From: Bacteroidia bacterium
GTDB taxonomy: Bacteria; Bacteroidota; Bacteroidia; Bacteroidales; VadinHA17
Reading direction: 5' to 3'
Assembly (NCBI GenBank): GCA_041480425.1
Contig: JBGOZX010000005.1
Location: forward strand, 2,568 to 66,567
DNA: 64,000 nucleotides
Below the pieces are notes generated by a model. That model ran no database searches, was not told where the DNA came from, and saw only the letters and a program-made list of their open reading frames with translations. Shown here piece after piece: positions 53,489-63,900 of this stretch (positions are counted from its first letter, which is position 1; each line of letters starts with the position of its first letter). The position numbers and the translations under genes are program-made.

Positions 53489-53626
53489 GTTTATGGTTAT
53501 AAATATTTAATACTGAATTTTTATTGAAGGAACATCGTAAAAAAATCCGATAATAAAAATAATATAATATATTTAGAATAGAAAACCTAACCTTAATTTG
53601 ATTTCTGGATATTATATTGCTTTATC

Positions 53627-54283
53627 GTGACAAAAATTATTGCAACAGGTGATGGCTCACATACAATATTTGTTCCTGAATTAAATGAACATTATCATTC
53701 CATTCACGGGGCAGTACAGGAATCCATGCATATTTTTATTAATAGTGGATTTGATTTCTGCAAAGCAAATCCGGTCAATATTTTTGAGGCAGGTTTTGGA
53801 ACAGGACTGAATGCTCTTCTCACAGCTATGAGGAGCATCAACGGGGACAGAGTTGTTAATTACACTTCTATTGAAAAACATCCTCTCCCCGATTATATTA
53901 TTAATTCACTTAACCATTTTGTTTTTACAGGGAAGGAAGGCAAAAAGATCTTTGATACAATACATTCCACCGGATGGAATTACCCTCAGATTATCTGTGA
54001 TAATTTTATTCTGAACAAAATCAAAGGTGATCTTACTTCTGATGACATATCCGGCAGTTATGATCTTATTTATTTTGATGCTTTCGGCCCGGACAAACAA
54101 CCTGAAATGTGGACATTGGACATATTTAAAAAGATTTCAGATATTACGGTCACGAATGGAATACTGGTAACATATTCTGCCAAGGGTGAAGTAAAAAGAA
54201 ATCTGAAATACTGTGGATTTGAAGTTACTCTTCTTCCCGGACCACCCGGGAAAAGACAAATTATACGGGCCGTAAAAATTTGA
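53627..54283 (+). CDS. mnmD: tRNA (mnm5s2U34) methyltransferase, MnmC methyltransferase-domain type
   Basis: GTG start. Motifs TGDGSHT, FEAGFGTGLN and IYFDAFGPDKQPEMW. Confidence 0.75.
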   Translation: MTKIIATGDGSHTIFVPELNEHYHSIHGAVQESMHIFINSGFDFCKANPVNIFEAGFGTGLNALLTAMRSINGDRVVNYTSIEKHPLPDYIINSLNHFVFTGKEGKKIFDTIHSTGWNYPQIICDNFILNKIKGDLTSDDISGSYDLIYFDAFGPDKQPEMWTLDIFKKISDITVTNGILVTYSAKGEVKRNLKYCGFEVTLLPGPPGKRQIIRAVKI

Positions 54284-54324
54284 AAAATAATTTTTCATAT
54301 ACTTTTTTCCTTTTGCCAAAGTAT

Positions 54325-54332
54325 TATCTTTG
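54325..54332 (+). promoter_or_regulatory. Bacteroidota-type -7 promoter box (TAnnTTTG)
   Basis: TATCTTTG followed by CGG, 29 nt upstream of the ATG at 54361. Confidence 0.4.
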
Positions 54333-54360
54333 CGGAAATTTAAATTAAAAACTATAACAA

Positions 54361-55074
54361 ATGAAAATCAAGGGATTAATTGTTCTGACTGTTGTAACTG
54401 CCTTATTACTTGGCTCATGTGCAAAAAATTCTATTACAAAGGTAAAAATTAAAAGTAAAGAAGACTCACTTTCATATGCATTCGGGATCGTAAATTATAA
54501 TGCTTTGAAAGGAGATAGTCTTAATCTGGATCCAAAGTTAGTTGCGAAAGCTATGCTTGATGGTGAAAAGGGAAAACCTATAATGTCAGATGAAGTTGCC
54601 AGAGGCTTTATAATGGTATTTATCAATGGACGTGAAACAGCAAAAGCTGCAAAACAGGCTGAAACGAATAAAGTAACATACAAAGACTATATTGCTGAAA
54701 ATGAGGCATTTTTAGCAAAAAATAAAGAAAAAACCGGAGTAACCGTAACTCCAAGTGGCCTCCAATATGAAGTAGTAAAAATGGGAACCGGTCCAAAGCC
54801 TACAGCTGAGAGCACTGTTAAGGTTCATTATGTCGGAACACTTATTGACGGTACGGAGTTTGATTCTTCAGTAAAAAGAAATGAACCGACTCAATTCCCC
54901 GTTTCAGGAGTTATCCCCGGCTGGACTGAAGCTTTACAGCTTATGCCGGTTGGTTCAAAATTTAAGCTTTATCTTCCGGAAAGTATTGCTTACGGTGCAA
55001 ATGGCGCTGGTGATGTGATCAAACCATATTCAACTCTTATTTTTGAAGTTGAGCTCCTTGAAATAATAAAGTAA
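54361..55074 (+). CDS. FKBP-type peptidyl-prolyl isomerase lipoprotein (Mip/FklB-like)
   Basis: Lipobox LGSC and a C-terminal FKBP domain VHYVGTLIDGTEFDSS...IPGWTEAL...LIFEVELL. Confidence 0.9.
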   Translation: MKIKGLIVLTVVTALLLGSCAKNSITKVKIKSKEDSLSYAFGIVNYNALKGDSLNLDPKLVAKAMLDGEKGKPIMSDEVARGFIMVFINGRETAKAAKQAETNKVTYKDYIAENEAFLAKNKEKTGVTVTPSGLQYEVVKMGTGPKPTAESTVKVHYVGTLIDGTEFDSSVKRNEPTQFPVSGVIPGWTEALQLMPVGSKFKLYLPESIAYGANGAGDVIKPYSTLIFEVELLEIIK

Positions 55075-55075
55075 C

Positions 55076-55534
55076 ATGAGAACTGCTGAGATACAGACTC
55101 CTAAAGGTGTAATGCAGGTCGGATTTTTTGAAGAAGATGCCCCTGGCACAGTTGAAAATTTTGTTAAACTTGCCAGAGAAGGTTACTATGATGGACTGGC
55201 ATTTCACAGGGTTATTCCCAATTTTGTAATTCAGGGAGGCTGTCCTTACTCTAAAGATCTAAGCGATCCGAGAGTTGGAACAGGCGGACCGGGCTATAAG
55301 ATCAAGTGTGAACTTGACGGTAGCAATCAGTATCACGACAGAGGAATTCTTTCGATGGCACATGCCGGGAAGAATACAGGTGGTTCACAGTTCTTTATCT
55401 GCCACAGCAGAACCAATACAAAACACCTTGACAGACAACATACGTGCTTCGGAAAAGTTTTTGAAGGCATCGATGTTATTGACAAGGTTCGTCAGGGTGA
55501 CAAAATTGAAAAGATAATTATTCACGAAGAATAG
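55076..55534 (+). CDS. Cyclophilin-type peptidyl-prolyl isomerase
   Basis: FHRVIPNFVIQGG and SMAHAGKNTGGSQFFI motifs. Confidence 0.9.
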   Translation: MRTAEIQTPKGVMQVGFFEEDAPGTVENFVKLAREGYYDGLAFHRVIPNFVIQGGCPYSKDLSDPRVGTGGPGYKIKCELDGSNQYHDRGILSMAHAGKNTGGSQFFICHSRTNTKHLDRQHTCFGKVFEGIDVIDKVRQGDKIEKIIIHEE

Positions 55535-55540
55535 ACTGAA

Positions 55541-55921
55541 ATGGCATTTGAAATTACCGGAAAAATTATCGATATCTCACCTGTTAACCAGGTAAGCGAC
55601 AAGTTCAAAAAACGCGAATTTGTAATTGAAAGGAAAGATACAGGTGGAGCTGCCGTGTTTATCGATTATATCAAGTTTCAGCTTATACAGGATAAGTGCG
55701 ACCTCATTAATGAATCATTCCTTAACGAAGAGGTTAAGATCTGGTTTAATCTTAAAGGAAACAAATGGGAACGCGACGGGAAGATCAACTATTTTACAAA
55801 TCTCGATGCATGGAAGATTGAAAAAACATCCGCTCCAGGCAGAGATCAGAACACTCCGTCACATAGTACTTTGGAGGACATACCACCGGAGAATGAGGAG
55901 CTAAGCGATTTACCATTCTGA
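55541..55921 (+). CDS. DUF3127-family protein
   Basis: The MAFEITGKIIDISPVNQVSDKFKKREFVIE N-terminus is typical of DUF3127 as I recall it. Confidence 0.55.
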   Translation: MAFEITGKIIDISPVNQVSDKFKKREFVIERKDTGGAAVFIDYIKFQLIQDKCDLINESFLNEEVKIWFNLKGNKWERDGKINYFTNLDAWKIEKTSAPGRDQNTPSHSTLEDIPPENEELSDLPF

Positions 55922-56066
55922 AAATAAAGTAAGAGACTGAAACTTAAAATTCAGTCTCTTTTTAATTTTTTTCATATATCTTTAGTTAAAAGAGAATTCA
56001 GATATTTTCTTCTTTTTATAATCAAAAGAATTTTTGAAAAATAAATTAAATTTTATATATAAAGTC

Positions 56067-58730
56067 ATGAGATATTCTTTAACCCTGATTCTGTTGACTG
56101 TGAGTTTTCTGGTTCAATCTCAGGTTCCGGCAAAGGCAGAATTAAAAAAAGTACCGCTTCGGATTCAGCTACCATACAACAGGTTTATACAGCCAGCGGG
56201 TATCCCGATACGCTTTGGTGATGTATCACTCGAAAATCATTCGCTTGATGTTGCATTATCTCCTGACAAAAAATGGCTGGCAGTAGAAGAAAGATCGAGT
56301 ATTGTATTTATCAGTACTTTAGATAATAATGTGAAATTCATACTTAGGAATAGTGATCATTTGGGTCTCAGAGGTGGAATGAATACTTATTCGGGGATTA
56401 TCTGGCATATTAACAACGGAAATCCTGAAGTTTACTGGAGTGTAATTGGCGCAAACGACAGATCTTTTGTTGCATCAGCCAGATGGGACGGACAAAAGGC
56501 AGAATTTGGCAGGTTATTGGAGTACAAAGCTGAACCTCCTGCTGAATTGGCATTGCCAAATGAAATACTTATTACCAATGAATTAAATCATAAATACCTC
56601 TATGTTGTCCTTAACGGGAATAATAAGATAATAAAACAGGATTTTGTTTCCGGTGACATAGTTTGGATTGCTGATCCTGGTGTAGCTCCTTATGGTCTGA
56701 CTATGGCGTCTGGGAAATTATATGTCACAAACTGGGCAGGCAGGCACCCCTTAAACAATGACAAAGAGGTCGCAGGTATTCCATGGGGGAAGGCAAGAGT
56801 TGATAATAAGGCCGGTGGCGCAACCAGGGAAGGAAGTGTTACCATTATTGATCCGAACAAAGGAACGATTATTAAAGAGCTGGTGGTCGGTCTGCATCCC
56901 AATGAAATAATCAGCGATAGTGAGGGAAGTTTTGTTTATGTTACCAATTCAAATAGTGACAATGTTTCCGTTATCAACACAATTACAGATGAGGTAACTG
57001 AAACGATAAGTGTCAGATTACAACCCGAAATTAATCCTTTCTTCGGTGATTCACCAAACGGATTATGTCTTTCATCAGATGAGCAATCTCTCTATGTCGC
57101 TAACGGAATGGATAATGCCCTGGCAGTAATAAGTCTGGCGAAAAGATCAGCAAGAAATGGCTCAGGAAATACCAGTTTAGTGACAGGATTCATTCCGACA
57201 GGAGCCTATCCTTCAGGTATCTGCATATCATCTGCAGGGTATCTCTATGTAGCAAACCTAGAAGCTTATGGTGCAAGGTTGCCTCTGAATTATCCCAAAA
57301 CCAACAATCTGATTTACAATTCTCATAATATGCTCGCTTCAGTATCGGTTATTCCGGTTCCGGATATGAAGAATCTTAAAGCATATACCGATACAGTTAT
57401 CGCTGTCAATGATCTTTCAAGGGCAACATTGGCAAGGGAAAAACCAAGAGAATCCATTCAGCCTAAACCTGTTCCTGACAGAATAGGAGAACCATCTGTT
57501 TTTAAACATGTTGTATATATAATAAAAGAGAACAGGACCTACGACCAGATTCTTGGTGATATGAAACAGGGAGACGGGGATCGAGCTCTATGTATTTATG
57601 GAGCTGAAATTACCCCGAATACCCATAAGCTTTCAGAGGAATTTATGCTTTTGGATAATTTCCATGTGTCGGGAAAATGTTCCGCAGAAGGTCATCAGTG
57701 GACTGATGCCTCAATAGTCACCGACTATATTGAAAAGAATATGAGGGCATGGTTCAGAAGTTATGCTCATGTGCAAACCGATGCGCTGGTCTATGCTCCT
57801 ACCGGATTCATCTGGGATAATGCAACAGGTCATGGTAAGTCAGTCCGGATATATGGAGAAGCATCTGTTCCGGTCCTGGACAATAAACTAAAATGGACAG
57901 ATATTTATAAAAAATACAAAGCCGGAGAAAAAGTTGAGTTCACTAATTACACCACTATTGAACCTGTAAAGAAAATTCTCAGCCAGACATATCCATCTTA
58001 TGGTAACCATGAGTTTTCTGATGCAATGCGGGCTGATGCATTAATCAAGGAATTAAATAATTATGAAGCGATGCCGGGTGACCAGCTTCCTGAACTGTTG
58101 GTTGTCGCACTACCAAACGATCATACTGCAGGGGTCAGGCCAGGCTCCCCTACACCAAGAGCAATGGTTGCAGATAATGATGCTGCACTTGGGCGCATCG
58201 TGGAGGCATTCACCAAAAGTCGTTTCTGGGAAAACACTGTAATATTCGTAGTTGAAGATGATTCTCAGGGAGGATGGGATCATGTCTCCGCATACCGGAC
58301 AGTTGCGCTGGTAATAAGCCCTTATTCAAGATTGAAAAAAACCAATCATACTTATTATACCCAGCCTTCAATGGTCCGGACCATTGAGCAGATTCTGGGT
58401 TTGCCCCCGATGAATATCCAGGATGCTATTGCAAATCCGATGTTTGATTGCTTTACATCAATACCGGATAAATCTCAATATAAAGCACTTCCGAATAAAA
58501 TCCCGATTGATGAGATGAACCCACAGATTTTATCCCTCAAAGGGAAAGCATTGTATTATGCGAAGAAAAGCCTTCTTCCCGAATTTGACGGGGTTGATTC
58601 AGGTAATGATGATCTTTTGAACAGGATTCTCTGGTATGCTGCAAAGGGCAGCGCACCCTATCCGGCAAAATATGCAGGGGCTCCAGTATCGGAAGTAGAA
58701 GAGGAGACTGAAATTCAGCCATATGACTAA
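56067..58730 (+). CDS. Secreted beta-propeller (YncE/YVTN-like) fused to a phosphoesterase (phospholipase C / AcpA family) domain
   Basis: Signal peptide, repeated LYV(A/T)N propeller units, then the phosphoesterase motifs VVYIIKENRTYDQILGD and DDSQGGWDHV. Confidence 0.7.
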   Translation: MRYSLTLILLTVSFLVQSQVPAKAELKKVPLRIQLPYNRFIQPAGIPIRFGDVSLENHSLDVALSPDKKWLAVEERSSIVFISTLDNNVKFILRNSDHLGLRGGMNTYSGIIWHINNGNPEVYWSVIGANDRSFVASARWDGQKAEFGRLLEYKAEPPAELALPNEILITNELNHKYLYVVLNGNNKIIKQDFVSGDIVWIADPGVAPYGLTMASGKLYVTNWAGRHPLNNDKEVAGIPWGKARVDNKAGGATREGSVTIIDPNKGTIIKELVVGLHPNEIISDSEGSFVYVTNSNSDNVSVINTITDEVTETISVRLQPEINPFFGDSPNGLCLSSDEQSLYVANGMDNALAVISLAKRSARNGSGNTSLVTGFIPTGAYPSGICISSAGYLYVANLEAYGARLPLNYPKTNNLIYNSHNMLASVSVIPVPDMKNLKAYTDTVIAVNDLSRATLAREKPRESIQPKPVPDRIGEPSVFKHVVYIIKENRTYDQILGDMKQGDGDRALCIYGAEITPNTHKLSEEFMLLDNFHVSGKCSAEGHQWTDASIVTDYIEKNMRAWFRSYAHVQTDALVYAPTGFIWDNATGHGKSVRIYGEASVPVLDNKLKWTDIYKKYKAGEKVEFTNYTTIEPVKKILSQTYPSYGNHEFSDAMRADALIKELNNYEAMPGDQLPELLVVALPNDHTAGVRPGSPTPRAMVADNDAALGRIVEAFTKSRFWENTVIFVVEDDSQGGWDHVSAYRTVALVISPYSRLKKTNHTYYTQPSMVRTIEQILGLPPMNIQDAIANPMFDCFTSIPDKSQYKALPNKIPIDEMNPQILSLKGKALYYAKKSLLPEFDGVDSGNDDLLNRILWYAAKGSAPYPAKYAGAPVSEVEEETEIQPYD

Positions 58731-60753
58731 TCCACTGCTGCAACACTGGGCTACGCCATTCAGAACACCACCTTTTGATATTATTAAACCAGAACACTTC
58801 AAACCTGCAATTGAAGATGCTATTAAGTCTGCTTCACAAGAAATAAAAGCAATAACTGAAACCGGCGAACCTCCTGATTTCTCAAACACAATTGAAGCAC
58901 TTGACCGGAACGGTGAAAGGTTAGGAGAAACATCATTAATCCTTTTCAATCTGAACAGTGCAGAAACTTCGAAAGAGATCCAGGCTGTTGCCCGGGAGGT
59001 ATCCCCTTTGCTTACACGCTTTTCAAACGATATTACTCTGAATGAACAGCTGTTTGACAGGATAAAAATTGTTTATAATTTGAAGGATTCATTACTTCTG
59101 ACAATAGAACAGGTAATGCTTCTGGAAAGGAAATACCGGAGCTTTATCCTTGGTGGAGCAGGGCTCAGGGATGATCAAAAAGCCACCTTCAGGGAGATGT
59201 CTGAGGAGCTCTCGAAACTGTCACTCCAATTTGAGGAGAATGTACTTGAAGAGACCAATTCATTTGAGCTTCATATCACCGAAAAGATAGATCTTGCCGG
59301 CTTACCGGAGGGTATTATAGAAATGGCCGGAATGGAAGCTAAAAACAGGGGAAAAGAGGGCTGGATTTTTTCACTTCATTTTCCCAGCTATGGGCCATTT
59401 ATGCAAAATTCCGACGTAAGACCATTGCGGGAAAAAATGTTCAAAGCTTTTTCTTCCCGTTCCTTCAGGGGGAATGACAGGGATAACAGAAACCTGGTCC
59501 TGAGAATAGCAAGTCTGAGATATGAAATAGCTAAAATGCTGGGATTTAGTAATTATGCCGAAATGATTTTAGGAGACCGGATGGTCGATACTCCTGCTAA
59601 AGTTGAGAAATTTATTGATGACCTTTATAAATCATCGAAGCCATACGCCGAACGGGATTTTCAAAACATCAGAGAATATGCTGAAAAAAACGGTCATACC
59701 GGTGATGTTGAGCGATGGGATTGGGCGTACTATTCTGAAAAACTGAAAAAAGAAAAATTTAACATTGATGATGAAATACTCAGACCATTTTTCAGGCTGG
59801 AAAATGCAGAGAAAGCTATCTTTAATCTTGCTACCTCCCTCTATGGAATAAGGTTTTCACAGAATAGTGAGATCCCTGTTTATCATCCTGAGGTAAAAAC
59901 CTGGGAGGTATTTGATAGCGATGGCACTTTCCTTTCAGTTCTGTATACCGACTATCACCCCCGGCCAGGGAAAAACGGTGGCGCCTGGATGACAGGTTAC
60001 AGGGAACAGCATATGATGGATGGTAAAGATGTCCGGCCATTGATTTCGATCGTTACAAACTTTTCCAGGCCAACAGAAACCAGACCCTCTCTGCTTTCAT
60101 TTAATGAGCTGACAACTTTTCTCCACGAATTTGGCCATGCACTGCACGGTATGATAACACGATGCACCTATGAAAGCCTTTCAGGGACAAATGTTGCCCG
60201 CGACTTTGTGGAGCTTCCATCGCAATTCATGGAAAACTATGCTTACGAACAGGAATGGCTCGACTCCTGGGCTGTTCATTATCAGACAGGAGAAAAGATT
60301 CCTTCTGAAATTATGAGAAAGATAAGAGAAGCATCAACTTTTAATGAGGGGTATGCATGTTTACGACAGTTGGGCTTTGCCTTTCTGGATATGGCATGGC
60401 ATTCCTTAACGAAAGCTCCTGAAAAAGATATTATTGAGTTTGAGTCACAAGCACTGGCAAAAACAGAACTCTTTCCTAAAATTGAAACATCAAATATAAG
60501 CTGCTCATTCACACATCTGTTCGGAGGTGGATATGCTGCGGGTTATTATGGTTATAAATGGGCTGAAGTACTTGATGCAGATGCATTCTGGTATTTCAGG
60601 GAATCAGGGATCTTTAACTATGATATAGCCCAATCGTTCAGAAGGAATATACTTGAAAAAGGTGGTACAGATAAACCCCGGAATCTATATTTAAGTTTCA
60701 GAGGCAAAGAACCTTCAATTGATGCTTTCCTTGAACGAAGCGGACTGAAATAA
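58723..60753 (+). CDS. dcp: M3-family peptidyl-dipeptidase Dcp
   Basis: Zinc motif FLHEFGHALHG and a downstream E. 8-nt overlap with the preceding gene. Confidence 0.9.
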   Translation: MTNPLLQHWATPFRTPPFDIIKPEHFKPAIEDAIKSASQEIKAITETGEPPDFSNTIEALDRNGERLGETSLILFNLNSAETSKEIQAVAREVSPLLTRFSNDITLNEQLFDRIKIVYNLKDSLLLTIEQVMLLERKYRSFILGGAGLRDDQKATFREMSEELSKLSLQFEENVLEETNSFELHITEKIDLAGLPEGIIEMAGMEAKNRGKEGWIFSLHFPSYGPFMQNSDVRPLREKMFKAFSSRSFRGNDRDNRNLVLRIASLRYEIAKMLGFSNYAEMILGDRMVDTPAKVEKFIDDLYKSSKPYAERDFQNIREYAEKNGHTGDVERWDWAYYSEKLKKEKFNIDDEILRPFFRLENAEKAIFNLATSLYGIRFSQNSEIPVYHPEVKTWEVFDSDGTFLSVLYTDYHPRPGKNGGAWMTGYREQHMMDGKDVRPLISIVTNFSRPTETRPSLLSFNELTTFLHEFGHALHGMITRCTYESLSGTNVARDFVELPSQFMENYAYEQEWLDSWAVHYQTGEKIPSEIMRKIREASTFNEGYACLRQLGFAFLDMAWHSLTKAPEKDIIEFESQALAKTELFPKIETSNISCSFTHLFGGGYAAGYYGYKWAEVLDADAFWYFRESGIFNYDIAQSFRRNILEKGGTDKPRNLYLSFRGKEPSIDAFLERSGLK

Positions 60754-60755
60754 GA

Positions 60756-60855
60756 ATCTCTGTGGTTCTCTGTGCATCCTTTGTGGTTCTCTCTTTAATA
60801 AAAAAATAAAACTTACACAGAGTTACACAGAGAAGCCACAGAGTTGCACAGAGAT
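60756..60855. repeat. Long imperfect palindrome built from phased CTCTGTG/CACAGAG heptamers
   Basis: Left-arm units start at 60758, 60768, 60779 (CTTTGTG) and 60789 (partial). Right-arm CACAGAG units start at 60816, 60826, 60837 and 60847. The spacing is 10-11-10 nt in both arms, around a 22-nt A/T loop. Confidence 0.75.
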
Positions 60856-60945
60856 ATCTAAAAGTAGTATTATATTTACCTGATTGTTATTCAAATTATA
60901 TATTGAAGTTAAATCTTTATAAATCAATATCTTAACATCATCAAC

Positions 60946-63900
60946 ATGATTCTCTTTTTTGAAGGCCTTTCCAAGAATCTAATCGCTGTCGGAGCATCTG
61001 AAAAACTACAGGAAAAAGAAATTGAAAAACTTATCTGGCTGTTCTCTGCAGCAACCCTGATAAATAAAGAATTAATTGAAGGCACTTTTATCGGACCCAG
61101 AAAAGAGATGATAACTCCCTGGAGTACAAATGCTGTTGAGATAACACAGAATATGGGTATTACAGGAATAAAGCGAATCGAGGAGTTCCATCCTGTTATC
61201 AAAAAGGATCCACTCTATGATCCAATGCTTCAGTCGGTTTACAACAGGCTGGACCAGCACATTTTTATTATTGACAGAAAACCCGACCCGGTATTTTACA
61301 TTGATGATATAAAACAATATAGTCATAAAGAAGGCCTTGCACTAAATGAAGATGAAGTTGCTTATCTGGAAAGGTTAAGCAGGTCGATTGGCCGGAAATT
61401 AACTGACAGTGAGGTCTTTGGTTTTTCCCAGGTCAATTCTGAACATTGCCGTCATAAAATTTTCAATGGAATATTTATAATTGACGGAGAAGAGAGGGAT
61501 TCAACCCTTTTCCAACTCATAAAAAACACAACTCATTTTAATCGCAATAAAGTTGTTTCTGCCTATAAGGACAATTGTGCCTTCCTCCAGGGTCCTGTGG
61601 TGGAACAGTTTGCCCCAGCCACACAGGATAAACCTGACTTTTTCTCTATTAAGGACTTTGAATCAGTCCTTTCCCTTAAAGCTGAAACACACAATTTCCC
61701 GACAACTGTTGAGCCGTTCAATGGGGCATCAACAGGTACAGGTGGCGAAATAAGGGATCGTATTGCCGGAGGAAAAGGAGCTTTCCCTGTTGCAGGTACT
61801 GCAGTTTATATGACTTCTTATCCCCGTCCTGACGGAGGCCGTCAATGGGAAAAAGCCACAAAAGAAAGGCATTGGCTTTATCAGACCCCTGAGAACATCT
61901 TAATCAAAGCTTCAAATGGCGCCAGCGATTTTGGAAATAAATTCGGACAACCACTTATATGCGGATCAGTTCTTACATTCGAGCATTTTGAAAACCTCAA
62001 AAAATTCGGATACGATAAAGTAATAATGCTGGCAGGAGGTATAGGTATAGGCAAAAAGAAAGACAGTGAAAAGAGTATTCCTGAAAAAGGAGACCTTATT
62101 GTTCTCCTTGGTGGTGACAACTACAGGATTGGGATGGGAGGCGGAACTGTATCTTCAGTTGATACCGGCAACTATGACAGGTCGATTGAGCTTAATGCAG
62201 TACAGAGGGCAAATCCTGAGATGCAAAAAAGAGTATATAACGCTATCAGGGCTCTTGGTGAAACGGATAGCAACCCCATAATATCTATACACGACCACGG
62301 AGCAGGAGGTCATCTTAACTGCCTTTCCGAACTTGTTGAAGCAACCGGAGGCAGGATAGACATCAGCAAGTTACCAGTAGGAGACCCTACCCTGTCTGCA
62401 AGGGAAATAATCGGTAACGAATCGCAGGAACGTATGGGACTGGTAATGAAGAAGATAAATATTGATTTGCTGAGAAGGATTGCCGAAAGGGAGAGAGCAC
62501 CAATTTACATTATTGGGGAGATTACCGGTGATCATATGTTCACATTCGAGAACCCTGCCAACAAAGAAAAACCGATTGATATTTCGCTGGCATCTCTTTT
62601 TGGTGATCCTCCGAAAACAACTTTGAACGATAATTCTGCTGCAGCAAATTACAGCAAGGTGGAATATTTACCTGAAAAGATAATAGAATATCTTGAGCAG
62701 GTTCTGCAGATAGAGGAGGTTGCATGTAAAGACTGGCTGACAAATAAGGTTGACCGTTCAGTGACTGGAAGGGTTGCCAAACAACAATGCGCTGGTCCTC
62801 TTCAGCTGCCCTTAAATAATCTGGGTGCCATTACACTTGATTACCGCGGAAAGTATGGGATGGCAACATCTATCGGACATGCTCCGGCAGCTGGGCTGGT
62901 TGACCCTGCTGCCGGTTCGGTGCTTTCAATTGCAGAAGCTCTTACCAATATCATCTGGGCTCCTCTCACCGATGGACTTAAGAGTGTATCTCTCTCGGCA
63001 AACTGGATGTGGCCGTGTAAAAACCCTGGCGAGGATGCCAGGTTATATGCCGCAACCAAAGCAGCAAGCGATTTTACTATTTGCCTTGGGATAAATATAC
63101 CTACAGGTAAGGATAGTCTTTCAATGACACAAAAATACAGCGATCAGGTTGTCTATTCGCCCGGAACCGTCATAATATCTGCCTCAGGTGAGGTAAAAGA
63201 TATAAGGAAAATCGTTGAACCTGTTATTGTTAAAGACCCTTATACTAGTCTCCTGTATATTGATATGAGTTGTGACAAACTAAAACTGGGAGGAAGCAGC
63301 TTTGCACAGGTTGTGAACAGGCTGGGCGATGAAGTTCCTATAGTGAAAGATCCATCCTATTTTGCTGAGGTCTTCAATACGATTCAATATCTTATTAACA
63401 AAGGGAAAATACTTTCAGGTCATGATATTTCTGCCGGGGGAATGATAACCACCCTTCTTGAAATGTGTTTTTCAAATACAACAGGTGGGATAACCGTAAA
63501 TCTTTCAGAACTTGATGAAAAGGATACAATCAGGTTGCTTTTCAGTCAGAATCCCGGAATAATAATTCAGGTAAAAGATGAGGATTCAGTAGCCGAAATT
63601 CTTCTGGAACATGGCATTTCCTGTTTTTCAATCGGGCATCCTGTAAATGAAAGAACTCTATATATCAATATCCTCAAAGAATCATATGTTTTTAATATTA
63701 ATCACCTGAGAGATAAATGGTTCACAACATCTTATCTTCTCGACAGAAAACAATGTGGTCCCGAACTTGCTCTGGAACGGTTCCGGAACTATAAAAAGCA
63801 TGAACTGAATATTAGTTCAGGTGATTTTAAGAGTTCCTTTAAATCGGTTGGACTATCGCCGGACAGGAGAAAGAAGAGTGGCACCCGGGCTGCAATTATC

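Noticed and set aside
60756-60855. CTCTGTG repeat array as a CRISPR array
   Set aside because: The units are 7 nt with 3-4-nt gaps (period 10-11) and are arranged as an inverted repeat. There are no spacers of CRISPR size and no cas genes.
60924-63094. Several 60-90-aa ORFs in the track (both strands) between 60.9 and 63.1 kb
   Set aside because: All are antisense or out of frame within the long open purL frame that starts at 60946 and runs off the window. purL motifs confirm the frame.
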